Source: Eledone cirrhosa
Taxonomy: Eukaryota
Length of the DNA stretch: 64,000 nucleotides
Assembly (NCBI GenBank): GCA_964016885.1
Contig: OZ024754.1
Location: forward strand, 40,982,001-41,046,000
Direction: 5' to 3'
The notes beneath the pieces were generated by a model. That model did not search any database. It worked only from the letters and a program-made list of their open reading frames with translations, and was not told where the DNA came from. Below are positions 49,501 through 60,800 of the stretch, piece after piece. Made by a program: the position numbers and the translations under genes. The first letter of the stretch is position 1; every line of letters starts with the position of its first letter.

Positions 49501-50823
49501 ACGAGGTCATCATCATCACCGTTTTATGTCCATTCTTCCATGCTAGCATGGGTTAGACAGGTTGTCCTGTTGTGGGTAATGCCAGGTCAGGTAACCATGT
49601 CTTGCTCATACGGGAACTGATTTTGGCTCAATTTCTAAAGCTGGATGTCCTTCCTAACGCTAACCTCATTTACAGTGAGTACTGGCTGCTTTTTACCGCG
49701 GTGCCTACACGACCACTTTACAGTGTGGACTGGGTGATTTTTTGTCGTGGCACCTACATGATAAAAAAATAAAGTACCAGTAACACTCTGGGGTCGATTT
49801 AATCGACTTTCCCCTCCTTTCAAAATTATTGGACTTGTGTCTAAATCAGAAACCATTATTATATTGTGTTATGACCATTCCTGGTCAGTAGTCCAGTACT
49901 GATCTCAGAGCCATTATTTTATATATTAAATAGGGCGGTGGATTGGCAGTATCGGTAGAGGGTTGGACGCCATGTTTTGCAGCAAAGAGTTACATCCCTT
50001 TATGATCTGAGTTCAAATCCCGCCGAGGTTAACTTTGCATTTCATCCTTACGGGGGTCGATAAAATAAAGTACCAGTAATACACTGGGATAATTGCAGGC
50101 CTTGTGCCAAAAGTAGAAACAATTATTTTATATATTAAAAATATATATTATTACAAATATTGGAATACCTGCACATCTGTTGGAGTTGTAATTCCTGCTT
50201 CAGTCAGGCAATCTCTGAGATTACTATTAATATTCAGATCTGCAAATGACTTTGGTTCCTTCACAATTGAAGGATTCTGCAATATAAAAACAAAAACAAA
50301 ATGTATATAATGTATGTGTGTGTGTGTGTATGTATGCATATATATATATACATATATAAATTTTAGTACAGCATTGACGAAGCTTTAGTATACGGCCAAG
50401 TTAGCGTATATGCATAATCGGTCTGTAGCTTTAGTACTCAGATGAGGTAAGACCCCAGAGATATATATATATACTGTACTGATTGTGTTATCCAAAGGTT
50501 TTGGTACCCTTGAAATATATATAATAGAATAAATATGGTTTTATAAATATTGTTTCCATTTATTTAATATCATTGAATATTTACTCCAGAAAAAAACTTG
50601 TCGAGTGCTCTGAATCAGTTATAAACATTTATATTTGTTGAATTTCCAACAAATTAAATATCCCTTCTACTTATATATATATATATAAGGGCATCCAGAC
50701 GTAGAAAACCCGCCAGACAGTCCTATGCGAGCAAGACAACCACTCTTGCCTCAAGTGGGAAAACTCCCGTCCAAACCCATGCGAGCGTGGAGTATGGACG
50801 TTAAACGAAGATGATGATATATA

Positions 50824-50854
<31 letters not shown>

Positions 50855-51737
50855 CATAATGATTGTAACCTGAGTTGATCGATATCAAAACAGTTGTCAT
50901 ATATTAATAAAGTTTATCTATGGTGCCACCTTGACTTCATTCCTACTTATCTGTATTTAAACACTAAATTACAATAAATATACTTACTGAATCCCAGTTC
51001 ATCAAAGTAAAATGGTCTCCTGCTGACTTGCGATGCTTCCAACCATATGATGCCAATGTTTTGGGATTAAAATCACTGTAGCTTTGACCCTTATGGTGAT
51101 TGAACTGATCTCGGTGACATGATATTACCAAAGGGGATTTAAACTGCGATGGTCTTTTGGACCTTTTCTTTCTCTCTTTTTTTTGGGTCAGTTTATTTAG
51201 GCGTAAAACCATTTTTTGTGGAATTGTTATTCGGGGAACGAACTTACTGGTTGTTGACTATGGAAAAGAACACAGGAATTAGTAAAAATACAATATTTAC
51301 AGAAGTTTATTTACAAAAATACAATATTTACAGAAGAATATTTCTAAATATACAATATTTATAGAGGAATATTCCCAAATATACAATATTTACAGAAGAA
51401 TATTCCCAAATATACAATATTTATAGAAGAATATTCCCAAATATACAATATTTACAGTTTGAAATGATTTACTAAAATTATTTATTATTTAAGAATTAAA
51501 ATGGTATTTGTAACATAACTTAAAATATGGTTCTTATATGAAATTATGTCAGAAGATTTTCATTTAAATAGTAATCCTTTAAAATGGGTAGCTTTATTTC
51601 ATAGAAACAAAGGTAGTTTGGGGTAGGATGTATCAAAAGAATTAAATATATCTTTAAATACTCACCATATACTGAACAGATGAGACTCTGAGTAAACTGC
51701 CAGGTCCAAGACCTCTCCATAAACAAGCTAAATACAT
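39576..51737 (-). CDS. DDX28: Mitochondrial DEAD-box RNA helicase DDX28, 14 coding exons, 547 aa
   Basis: Exons: 51737-51666, 51257-50988, 50276-50169, 49318-49261, 48723-48581, 47368-47297, 46452-46377, 45758-45652, 44561-44412, 43691-43595, 42879-42728, 41844-41752, 40544-40392, 39668-39576 (1644 nt, phases consistent). Motifs: [36 protein letters not shown] and the DDX28-type [16 protein letters not shown]. The N-terminus resembles a mitochondrial presequence. Confidence 0.93.
40578..40957 (+). mobile_element. R4/Dong-like non-LTR element 3' fragment (restriction-like endonuclease), inserted in (TAA)n
   Basis: [34 protein letters not shown]...[12 protein letters not shown], flanked on both sides by (TAA)n. 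Confidence 0.7.
42325..42465 (-). mobile_element. Second, divergent CRE-like endonuclease C-terminal fragment
   Basis: [25 protein letters not shown] in a GC-rich 140-bp intronic island. Confidence 0.55.
43970..44293 (+). mobile_element. RTE LINE 3' fragment
   Basis: [40 protein letters not shown] with a long (ATG)n tail. An inverted older copy is adjacent at 43750-43955. Confidence 0.85.
46668..47243. repeat. 32-bp G-rich minisatellite, about 18 essentially identical copies
   Basis: Unit gagttagggaggtggtggtgtgggttatgaca, in a DDX28 intron. Confidence 0.95.
47956..48280 (-). mobile_element. Second copy of the RTE-tailed SINE
   Basis: Collinear and nearly identical to 10372-10695. Confidence 0.82.
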
Positions 51738-52375
51738 TGTCCTTTACTAGATGAAATATCTGGGGAGAAAAATCAAAATAAATTTAGAATTTTCAGGAAT
51801 AATATAAAATTAATGACTACATTGTCTTACAATCAAGAAAAATAACCAAATTTAGAACTAACAAATGAGATGCTATATGGTCGATTGCCCTGTTAGAAAT
51901 AACAACCAAATCTCACATCCTACCATCTTAAATAAGGAATGGACATATTAGATAATTGTTTCTACTTTTGGCACAAGACCATCAATTACCCAGTACATTA
52001 CTGGTACTTTATTTTATCGACCACGTAAGGATGAAAGGCAAAGTTAAACTCGACCGGATTTGAACGCAGACCGAAACGAAACTAGTTCATAGCTCTTATC
52101 ATCCACTTTTAGCTAACATATTACACTATTATATCCAAAATCGGGGTAAATACTCCGAAAAATTACAAACCTGTTCTGTATTGTTAAAATCAAATATGTT
52201 TTAAATATATACATAAATAACATTACAAATGCCTCGGTAACACTACAATGGATGATACAATTAAAGATATATTCCTTCAATGCTACAATATTAAAGAAAA
52301 TGTAAAGGAAGGGGTTAACAACGGAGCCAACACCAGAGCAAAAGACAGCAACGTCGCGAATACTGGGCAACCTCT

Positions 52376-52585
52376 CTAATTATTTTTGAGGCAAGCCAGT
52401 ACACTCGCAGCGTTGCCTCGGGTGATGGTGAGGCTGAAGCGCTGAAACAGCCAAGCACCCTCGCGAGATTCGCCAGTCACCTCTATTAGGCGAGCCGCCA
52501 GTGAGGAAAGGAATCTCGCAGTCAGCGGCCCGACTCCCCCAAACGTCTCGAAAGCCACAGGCTGAAAAATGTAGCTGGCCGGCAG
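52376..52585 (-). mobile_element. CRE-like non-LTR element C-terminal endonuclease fragment
   Basis: FQPVAFETFGGVGP...GESREGAWLFQRFSLTITRGNAASVL; GC-rich relative to the flanks. Confidence 0.7.
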
Positions 52586-53204
52586 ATCAGAAAAGGGATT
52601 CTGTGTTGTGTGTATGTGGAGAGAGAGAGAGAGTGCTTCGATCTCAAAATTACTTTAACACTTATCTATTTTGTAGTAAGGCGGTATATTGGCAGAATCG
52701 GTAGAACGTCGGAGAAAAAATGTTTTGCGGCATTTAATGACGGTTCTTGATTCTTTACAATTTAAGTTCATACCCTACCAAGGTCAAATTTACCTTTCAT
52801 CCTCCCAGAGATAAAATAAAATACCAGTAAAGTGCTGGGGTTCGATATAATCGAGTTTCCCCTTCCCTTAAATTGCTGACCTTGTATCAATGTTAGAATG
52901 TTCTAACTTGTAGTCTATTGTTTACTATACAGACAGCGGGAAATACTTGACATTAGGGTTAGAAATAAGAAAATGAAAATATCTCGCCATATTCAGTGGA
53001 TTGATTATGTAGGGTTCCCTAAACAATAGACAACTTGTATGTGTGTAAGAACCTGCGAAATAAATCTAATAAATGCGACGATGTATTTAGCTGTTTTCAA
53101 CGAGGTTTTAGTCTGTATGTCTATTATATATATATATATATAAATATATATATACTTATTCAGAATAATAATAAATGAAAACATTCACATAATCAAAATA
53201 TATG

Positions 53205-53266
53205 TTTTATTATATATATTTCGAAGGTACTGTGCTGTTTTTTTAGTACGTCCTCGTCAGATAAAA
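53205..53266 (-). ncRNA. Minimal type I hammerhead-ribozyme motif
   Basis: Minus strand: ttttat-CTGACGA-ggacgtact(loop)agtaccttc-GAAA-tatata-TA-ataaaa. All core nucleotides and three stems are present. Confidence 0.65.
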
Positions 53267-53325
53267 TACACGAATTGTTGTATGACATACCTCAACTGTC
53301 TTGCTGGTTCAATCCAGTATTGGCA

Positions 53326-53362
<37 letters not shown>

Positions 53363-53722
53363 TATATGTGTGTGTGTGTGTCTAAATATATATCAAATAG
53401 ATTTCTTTTAACGATACTTTAGATTAACATCCGCCAAGGTGGATAAAAAAAAGGTGAAGTTTTTATTTCTTGGTCATGTTGGCAACTTTTGAGATCGTAA
53501 AGATTGTTTTTATAATACTAAGAATATAACAGTGAAGAACCAGCAATGGTTTATATCGGTAAAAACTCAATTAATAAAATACAAATTCATAGCTTTCCAA
53601 CATATTTGTTATGTTATTCTACTGTAAATTTATTTATATGCTCTGTTTATATTTTCATTCTGAAGGAATTGCAAACGATTTGTAATGTTGTTTGAACTTT
53701 AATCTGTTATTTAAAATAACAG

Positions 53723-53793
53723 AAATAAGAAAAGAGGACAAATATTTATTAAAATAATTTATTTTAATAAATATTTGTCCTCTTTTCTTATTT
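53723..53793. repeat. 71-bp perfect palindrome (35-bp arms, 1-nt spacer)
   Basis: aaataagaaaagaggacaaatatttattaaaataa-t-ttattttaataaatatttgtcctcttttcttattt. Confidence 0.95.
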
Positions 53794-53799
53794 GTTTGA

Positions 53800-54180
53800 A
53801 GGAGGATTGTATTGGAGTATATCAAAACTTACCTCTAATCACGGAATACAAACTAAAACCATTACGGTGTAAATTCCACTCGTTGAAAATATTCTGATTA
53901 CTTTTAATTTTTCTAAATAATTTACTAACTGAAATATAAATTTGAACGATTTTGTATTTTTTTAAATATAAATATAACATTAATATTTTACACAACGTAA
54001 AATTTATCAACAAAAACCTTACAAAATTTAGTTTCCGTTAAACCTTGAAATATAAAACTATTTCAGCTCTTCTCATACATTTTTATATTTAATTTAACCA
54101 CTTCACAACATTCCTGACATTTTTTCTGTAAAATATTGAAAATAATTAACTAACAGCAGAGTTTAAAAATCAAAGGTCAA
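53800..54180. promoter_or_regulatory. Putative divergent promoter / non-coding first-exon region for DDX28 (-) and BABAM2 (+)
   Basis: Both ATG-containing exons are preceded by splice acceptors (51760 on -, 54812 on +), so non-coding first exons are implied between them. A minus-strand donor AG|gtaagt lies at about 53833. The location is inferred. Confidence 0.35.
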
Positions 54181-54833
54181 GTCCAGTCTATAGGTTGACA
54201 TTATCAAGCCAGTGTTTTGGCTATCAACCTTTACTTCTCTTACCGGCTACAGTATCGAACACCATGCTTTGAAGCATAGAGTTACGTCCCTTTATGATCT
54301 GAGTTCAAATCCCGCCGAGGTTAACTTTGCCTTTCATCCTTACGCGGGTCGATAAAATAAAGTACCAGTAATGGATTGGGTCATCTCTGGCCTTGTGCCC
54401 AAAATAGAAACAATTATGAAGAATCCCGCCGAGGTTAACTTTGCCTTTCATCTTTACGGGGTCGATAAAATAAAGTACCAGTAATACACTGAAATAATTG
54501 CTGGCCTTGTACCAAAAGTAAAAACAATTATGAAGATATGTTTATCTATTTTTTTTGTAAATCAATAATTTTATTTTATTCGTTTTACTATTTTGGGAAC
54601 ATAGGGCGGTGGATTGTCAGTATCAGTAGAGTCGGACACCATGCTCTGTAGCATAGAGTTACGGGGTCGATAAAATAAAGTACCAGTAGCGCACTGAGGT
54701 TGATTGAATCAACTTTCCCCCTACCCTAAAATTGCTGACCTTGTGCCTATATAAGAAACAACTATTTTGGGAACATATTTAGAGTTTACACCGGTGTTTA
54801 GTTAATTGTCAGATGTGTTTAGAGTTTGGAAGC

Positions 54834-57800
54834 ATGGATCCTGAAATTTGGAACCAACTATCACCAACGATAGTTCATTATGTCGAGACATTGGTCAGGT
54901 ATGGTCAAGTTGGGATTGGTGCTGGAAATATATATATCAAAGATGTTTTATCAAGGTATTCTTTTCTTCAAATACTTTTAACGATTTCCACTGATATTAT
55001 CTTGTCGAAAAAAAAAAAAATCAATATTTTTTTCTTCCAATTGATTTAAACAACTAACAACACATATGTGTTCTTTATATATAGTCTATAGATGTTACCA
55101 GTTTTAAATAAAAAGATATTTTACGATCCTCTTTATCTTGTTTGTCCATAAAATATGAAGTAAATAGTTTATCTTAATTTGTGAAATGGACGGGGAAAGA
55201 GAAATTACTCAAAGTCTTTTTAATTTTCGTTTCGGTTTGCTTCAACAAGTCGTACAAACATGACTGAAGTTATTCTGATTAATATTGCTTCAGATTATCA
55301 GAGAATTAGACTTTAAAACCTTTAGTTATAGTTTTAAATAATGAAGTGAATTTATCTGTCAGATAGTACAAGACTACAAATCTTCGAAACAGCCGAGAAC
55401 CAAGACGTAACTAAAGTTCTAATGATTCTACGGTTCACTGATCTTATTTTAATTATTATTGTTATTAGGTTACCTTTGCCTTTCATCCTTACCGGGTCGA
55501 TAAAATGAAATACCGGTAACGCTTATTAAATTTTGCTAATCCATCCCCAGCGGAATTTTATTGTAAGTGATTCATATCGATACAGAAGATGAAAAAAATC
55601 TAATAATAATTTTATTTTACATTAAAAAAACTTTATATATGACAAAAAAAAAGAACATTACAAGAAACCCTATATTTACGAACGTACACTATACAATTAC
55701 CGATCTACCCACCCTATTATTTGGGACCCGAGAGTATGTACTCGGTGTATAACGTACATTTATTATACTTGCTTTGGGATGGTAGTTCTAATTTGTCACT
55801 TGATTTAACACCACCTCTACCCTTGGCTACTTTTAGCAAAATCTTCTCTGTTGTAAGTTTATAATCAAGGTCCTTGGTCTGAGAATTACTCAAATAGAAA
55901 TAGAGAATAAAGACAGTCTTTGAACATCTATTGGTGACACGGCAAAAAAGCACCCGGCCCACACTGTAAAGTGGTTGTGTCGGTGACACGGCAAAAAAGC
56001 ACCCGGCCCACACTGTAAAGTGGTCGTGTAGGTGTCATGCAGAAAAGCCCCCAGCCCACACTGTAAAGTGGTTTTGTTGGTGTCGCAACAAAAAGTCCCC
56101 AGCCCACACTGTAAAGTGGTTGTGTTGGTGTCACAACAAAAAGCACCCTGCACACACTGTAATGTGGTTGCATTAGGAAGGGCATCCAGCTGTAGAAACC
56201 AAGCCAGAAACAATTATATGTGATCAAGACACGGCCACCTGACCCAACTTGCCTCAAACAGGACAACCTGTCTAACCCATGCTAGCGTGGAAAAATGGAC
56301 GTTAAGCGGTGATGATGGTATATGTTTTTTTCTTTTCTATTTTAGTTGTCCAAGCATAACACTTCCACCGAAAGGAGACCGATTTAAAGTAGCGCTACCA
56401 TATGCCGGCTGTTTTGTTACCTGTAAGTAACATTCTTGTCTATGAGTTCATATTACCTGAGTGATTTTCATTTTCAGATTTGTGTCCACTTGAATGATTT
56501 TAAATCATCATCATCATCATCGTTTAACGTCTATCCTCCACGCTAGCATGGGTTTAGACGGAATTGTCCCACGTGAGGCAAGATTGGTTGTCCTGCTCGT
56601 ATAGGACTGTCTGGCAGGCTTTCTACGGCTGGATGCCCTTCCTAACACCAACCACGTTTACAGTGTGGACTGGGAGGTTTTTACCGTGTTACCTACATGG
56701 CCACTGGACTGTGTGTTTTTTTGTCGTGACACCTACACGATAATAAAAATAATAATAATAAAAATAATAATAATAAAAATATTATTGTGTACAGTGCTCA
56801 GGTGCACTACAACTCATCAAAGGTGCATGTATAGTACATAGAATAATGTTCAAATGTCAGGAAAGTGAACAGTGTATGAGTCATGATATACATGTGTGTA
56901 TGGAGGGGGAATATTAGATGTAGTGTTGGCGAATATCAGGAAGCATGGAGGTTTTAAAGGATGCAGTGTCTCGGCAGATAACAACTGATGCAGGTAGTTT
57001 GTTCCATGGAGGTTTTAAAGAATGCTGTGTCTCAACAGCTAACAACTGATGCAGGTAGTTTGTTCCATGCTTCAGCAACTCTGAGCTGTTGTAATGTCTT
57101 AATATATTTTGGCTTTCAATTCATTTCACTGCATTGTTGTAAAAAGAGTATTTCATTCTTATATAACTCTTTAGCCAATCCTTCCTTTTATTCTGGAATT
57201 TCCTTCCTAGAGATATTCAAACTTAATATCAACTTCATCAATCTTGAAGGATCATTGTAGGTCATGAGTGCTGACCCCTCTTTTTTGGCTAAACTTTATA
57301 AAAAAAAAAAAAAAGATAAATTATGTCATCCCCACCACTTCGTTTCTATTCATCTCGTTCTCGTGTTTTATAAATTATAAGATAAATAATGCATAAAATT
57401 TCACTGCTTTTCATGAAATTCAGGATATTACCACTTAGTTGTTTCACACCCATTTTAGAAGGAATTTTATCTCATGAATGAGATTAACCTTTTTGTTACT
57501 ATATTTCTAATGAAAAACACTAATTTTAGAAATAATCGAGAATATAGAGAGATGAAATAATATAAATAACTTCCTCATTATTAACCCTTTAGCATTTAAA
57601 CTGGCCGTATCTGGCCAGAATTTTCTTACCTCTTTCTGTTCAAACTGGCCATAACCAGCCACTCATACTGATGTTAAAGTATTGTTCTCAAAATAAATAG
57701 TATCAAAATCTCATAAATTTGATATTATGTTAGGGTAAGCCTTTACCATGAAAATTCAATAGTAAATATAGAATAATGTAAATGCTAAAGGGTTAAATTG

Positions 57801-60800
57801 GTGTTTGGAGCACAGTCTGGTCAGGCTTCTGCCTGCTACTGATACCATGTAACCCAGTCAAACCTGCTTCGTAGTCGAATGGTCGTCGTTGACTAGATTG
57901 GCTCCTCCACCAGACCCTAGTCTGGTGAAGAAGGTAAGCGGAACCCCGGCAGCACAAAAAACAGGAGCTGTTAAAAGGGTTGATGAACTTCTCAGAGTCA
58001 ACGACCAACCACCCCAACTATAACTTAAATAGCCTCACCAACCCACAATTGGGCAAGCAGAGTGAATACAGCTACACTCCTGACATGACAAAAACTAAAC
58101 AGAAAGTGGTCAACCAGGGAAGGGTTCCTCCAACAGGAGTGAAAAAGCCCTGGATTGGATTGGTTTGGAGGTCAACCAGGGAGGGGTTCCTCCAGCAGGA
58201 GTGAGAAAGCCCTGGATTGGATTGGTTTGGAGGTCAACCAGGGAGGGGTTCCTCCAGCAGGAGTGAGAAAGCCCTGGATTGGATTGGTTTGGAGGTCAAC
58301 CAGGGAAGGGTTCCTCCAACAGGAGTGAAAAAGCCCTGGATTGAATTGGATTGGATTTGAGCATAACAGCTGAGTCAATTGGAGCAACATGCAACAGTGT
58401 CTTGCTCAAGAATCGAACTCACAACCTTATGACTGCGTGCCCAATGCTCTAACCACTAAGCTATGTACCTTTTAATACTACTAATACTACTAATTCTCTG
58501 CTCTCAATGTTATGTAATTTTAGGGGAAGTGTTGTTTGACTGTAACCACCCTAACGATCCTCCAGATTTCATCTTTGATCCTGACCAGAAAGGGTTTGCC
58601 CCAGAATTAGAATCTATTCAGGTAAGATCCAGTATTTCCACTTTCTTCACATATTTTACTTTATTTCTTAGCATCCTGTACCGCATGAAACCACATTCTT
58701 GAAAAGTATAAAATAGTGTTATGACTGCATCACATTAAAAATTGAAGTCTTTACTCAAATATTGCAAATGTTCACAAAGATCTGTCCAGTAGTGAAGATA
58801 CTATAAACATAGGAATTTACAAACGCCATTTTCAGATATTTTTGGCAGATTGTTAAGGGTTCAAGTACTGTGTTGAGCAATAACCCACTGGGTCATCACC
58901 AAAGATTCCATCATGTTATGATTCTCATGATAATCTGACCAATACTTTATAGCTTTAAACATCCTTTTACTAATTTCTATCATTGGATTGTGACCATGCT
59001 GGAGTTCTGCTTTATATATCATCATCATCATCATCATCGTTTAACGTCCATCTTCTACGCCAGCATGGGTTGGACGATTTTCTCCCACTTGAGGCATGAT
59101 TGGTTGAGAGACACGGTCATCCAGCCTTTCTTGCCTCAAGTGGGACAATTCTCGTCTAACCCATGCTAGTGTGGAAGATAGATGTTAAACGATGATGATG
59201 ATGTTGTGCCAAAAAGTAGAAACAAATATTTTGTAATAATTCAAATATATTTTCTTTGTTCCAGTCACTCATTAACTGGGACCATTACAAAGCTTCATCA
59301 CTTCTGACAGTTCTTCAAGAATTACTTGGTAAATACCGCCTTTATCAACAGCAACTAGTTGAATCTAACTATCGGTTGAAATTTGAATATGAATCTTTAC
59401 TGGAATACACAAATGTGAAACCTGAAGAGGTGGAGATGTTTATCTCAAAGACAGAAGTAAGTCACTTTTTTTTTTACTTTCTATCCTGACCTATCTCGTT
59501 GTGGCTGTGTCATTGTGTCTTAACCCTTTAGCATTTACATTACTCTATATTTACTATTGTATTTTGGGGGTAAAGGCTTTAACTCATATTTTTTCACATA
59601 ATATCGAATCTATGAGATTTTGATATTATTTATTTTGAGAACAATACCTTAACATTAGCAAGAGTGGCTGGTTACAACCAGTTTGAACAGAAAGGGGTGA
59701 CAGGATTCTGGCTGGATATGGCCGGTTTAAATGCTAAAGGGTTAAAGGATTTACACATACAATTTCTTTTTCATGTTATAATGGTTTGGCTGTTGTAAAT
59801 TTAGTCAAGTCATTGATAAAAGTTTTGATTTAACCCTTTAGCATTTAAACTGGCTGTATCTAGCCAGAATTCTCTCACCTCTTTCTGTTCAAACTGGCTA
59901 TAACCAGCTGCTTATACTGATGTTAAGGTATTGTTCTCAAAATAAATAATATCAAAATCTTATAGATTTGATATGATGTGGGATAATTATGAGGTAAAAC
60001 CTTTACCATGAAAATACAATAGTAAATATAAAGTAATGTAAATGCTAAAGGGTTAATTTTCCATTCCTCCTTATTTCAGACCCTAGCTGTTGGACCTGTG
60101 CACTTTTTAATAAAGATGTCCATTGATTTTACCCGAATACCATCATATCTAACAAAGGTCAGATTATTTTCCTTACTTTTAACTATTTTATACCTCACCC
60201 TATTTTAGAAACTATTTTCATCTCCACACATCAGTACACCATTCTTTATATTAACTTTAACTTGTTATCTTTTAACATTATTTTATTCAATGGCGGTGGA
60301 TTGGCAGTATCGGTAGAGGGTCGGGCTCCATGCTTTGACGCATAGTTACGGCCCTTGCCATTCTGAGTTCAAATCCCGCCGAGGTTAACTTTGCCTGTCA
60401 TCCTTTCGGGGTCGATAAAATAAAGTACCAGTAATGCACTGGGTAATTGCTGGCCTTGTGCCAAAAGTATAAACAATTATTTTATTCATAGGATAAGACG
60501 TACCAAAATAACAACTTAGTAAACTTTATCCATTATTATATAGGTCGTATCCAAGCTATATATATATATATATGTGTGTGTGTATATTATGAGCGTGTAT
60601 ATATATATATATATATGTGTGTGTATATATATAGTTATGTGAAATTTATAAATTTATAAATTTAAGAATTTATAAATTTCCTGTTGGTTGGTTGGTTGGT
60701 TCCATAACCGGACGGTTGTTCATATATTGTCAAAGTTCTTTCGTCACACATTCTGTGACCTCTTCAGTGACTGGGGATTCTTTTCTTTGTTTTGTACCTC

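Noticed and set aside
49932-50030. tRNA genes suggested by A/B boxes (many sites)
   Set aside because: These are SINE heads followed by a shared SINE body, and no complete cloverleaf was found.
52113-52370. 85-aa ORF as the first DDX28 exon
   Set aside because: It has a TTG start in the 3' flank of a CRE-like fragment. A proper ATG exon with a presequence-like peptide exists at 51737-51666.
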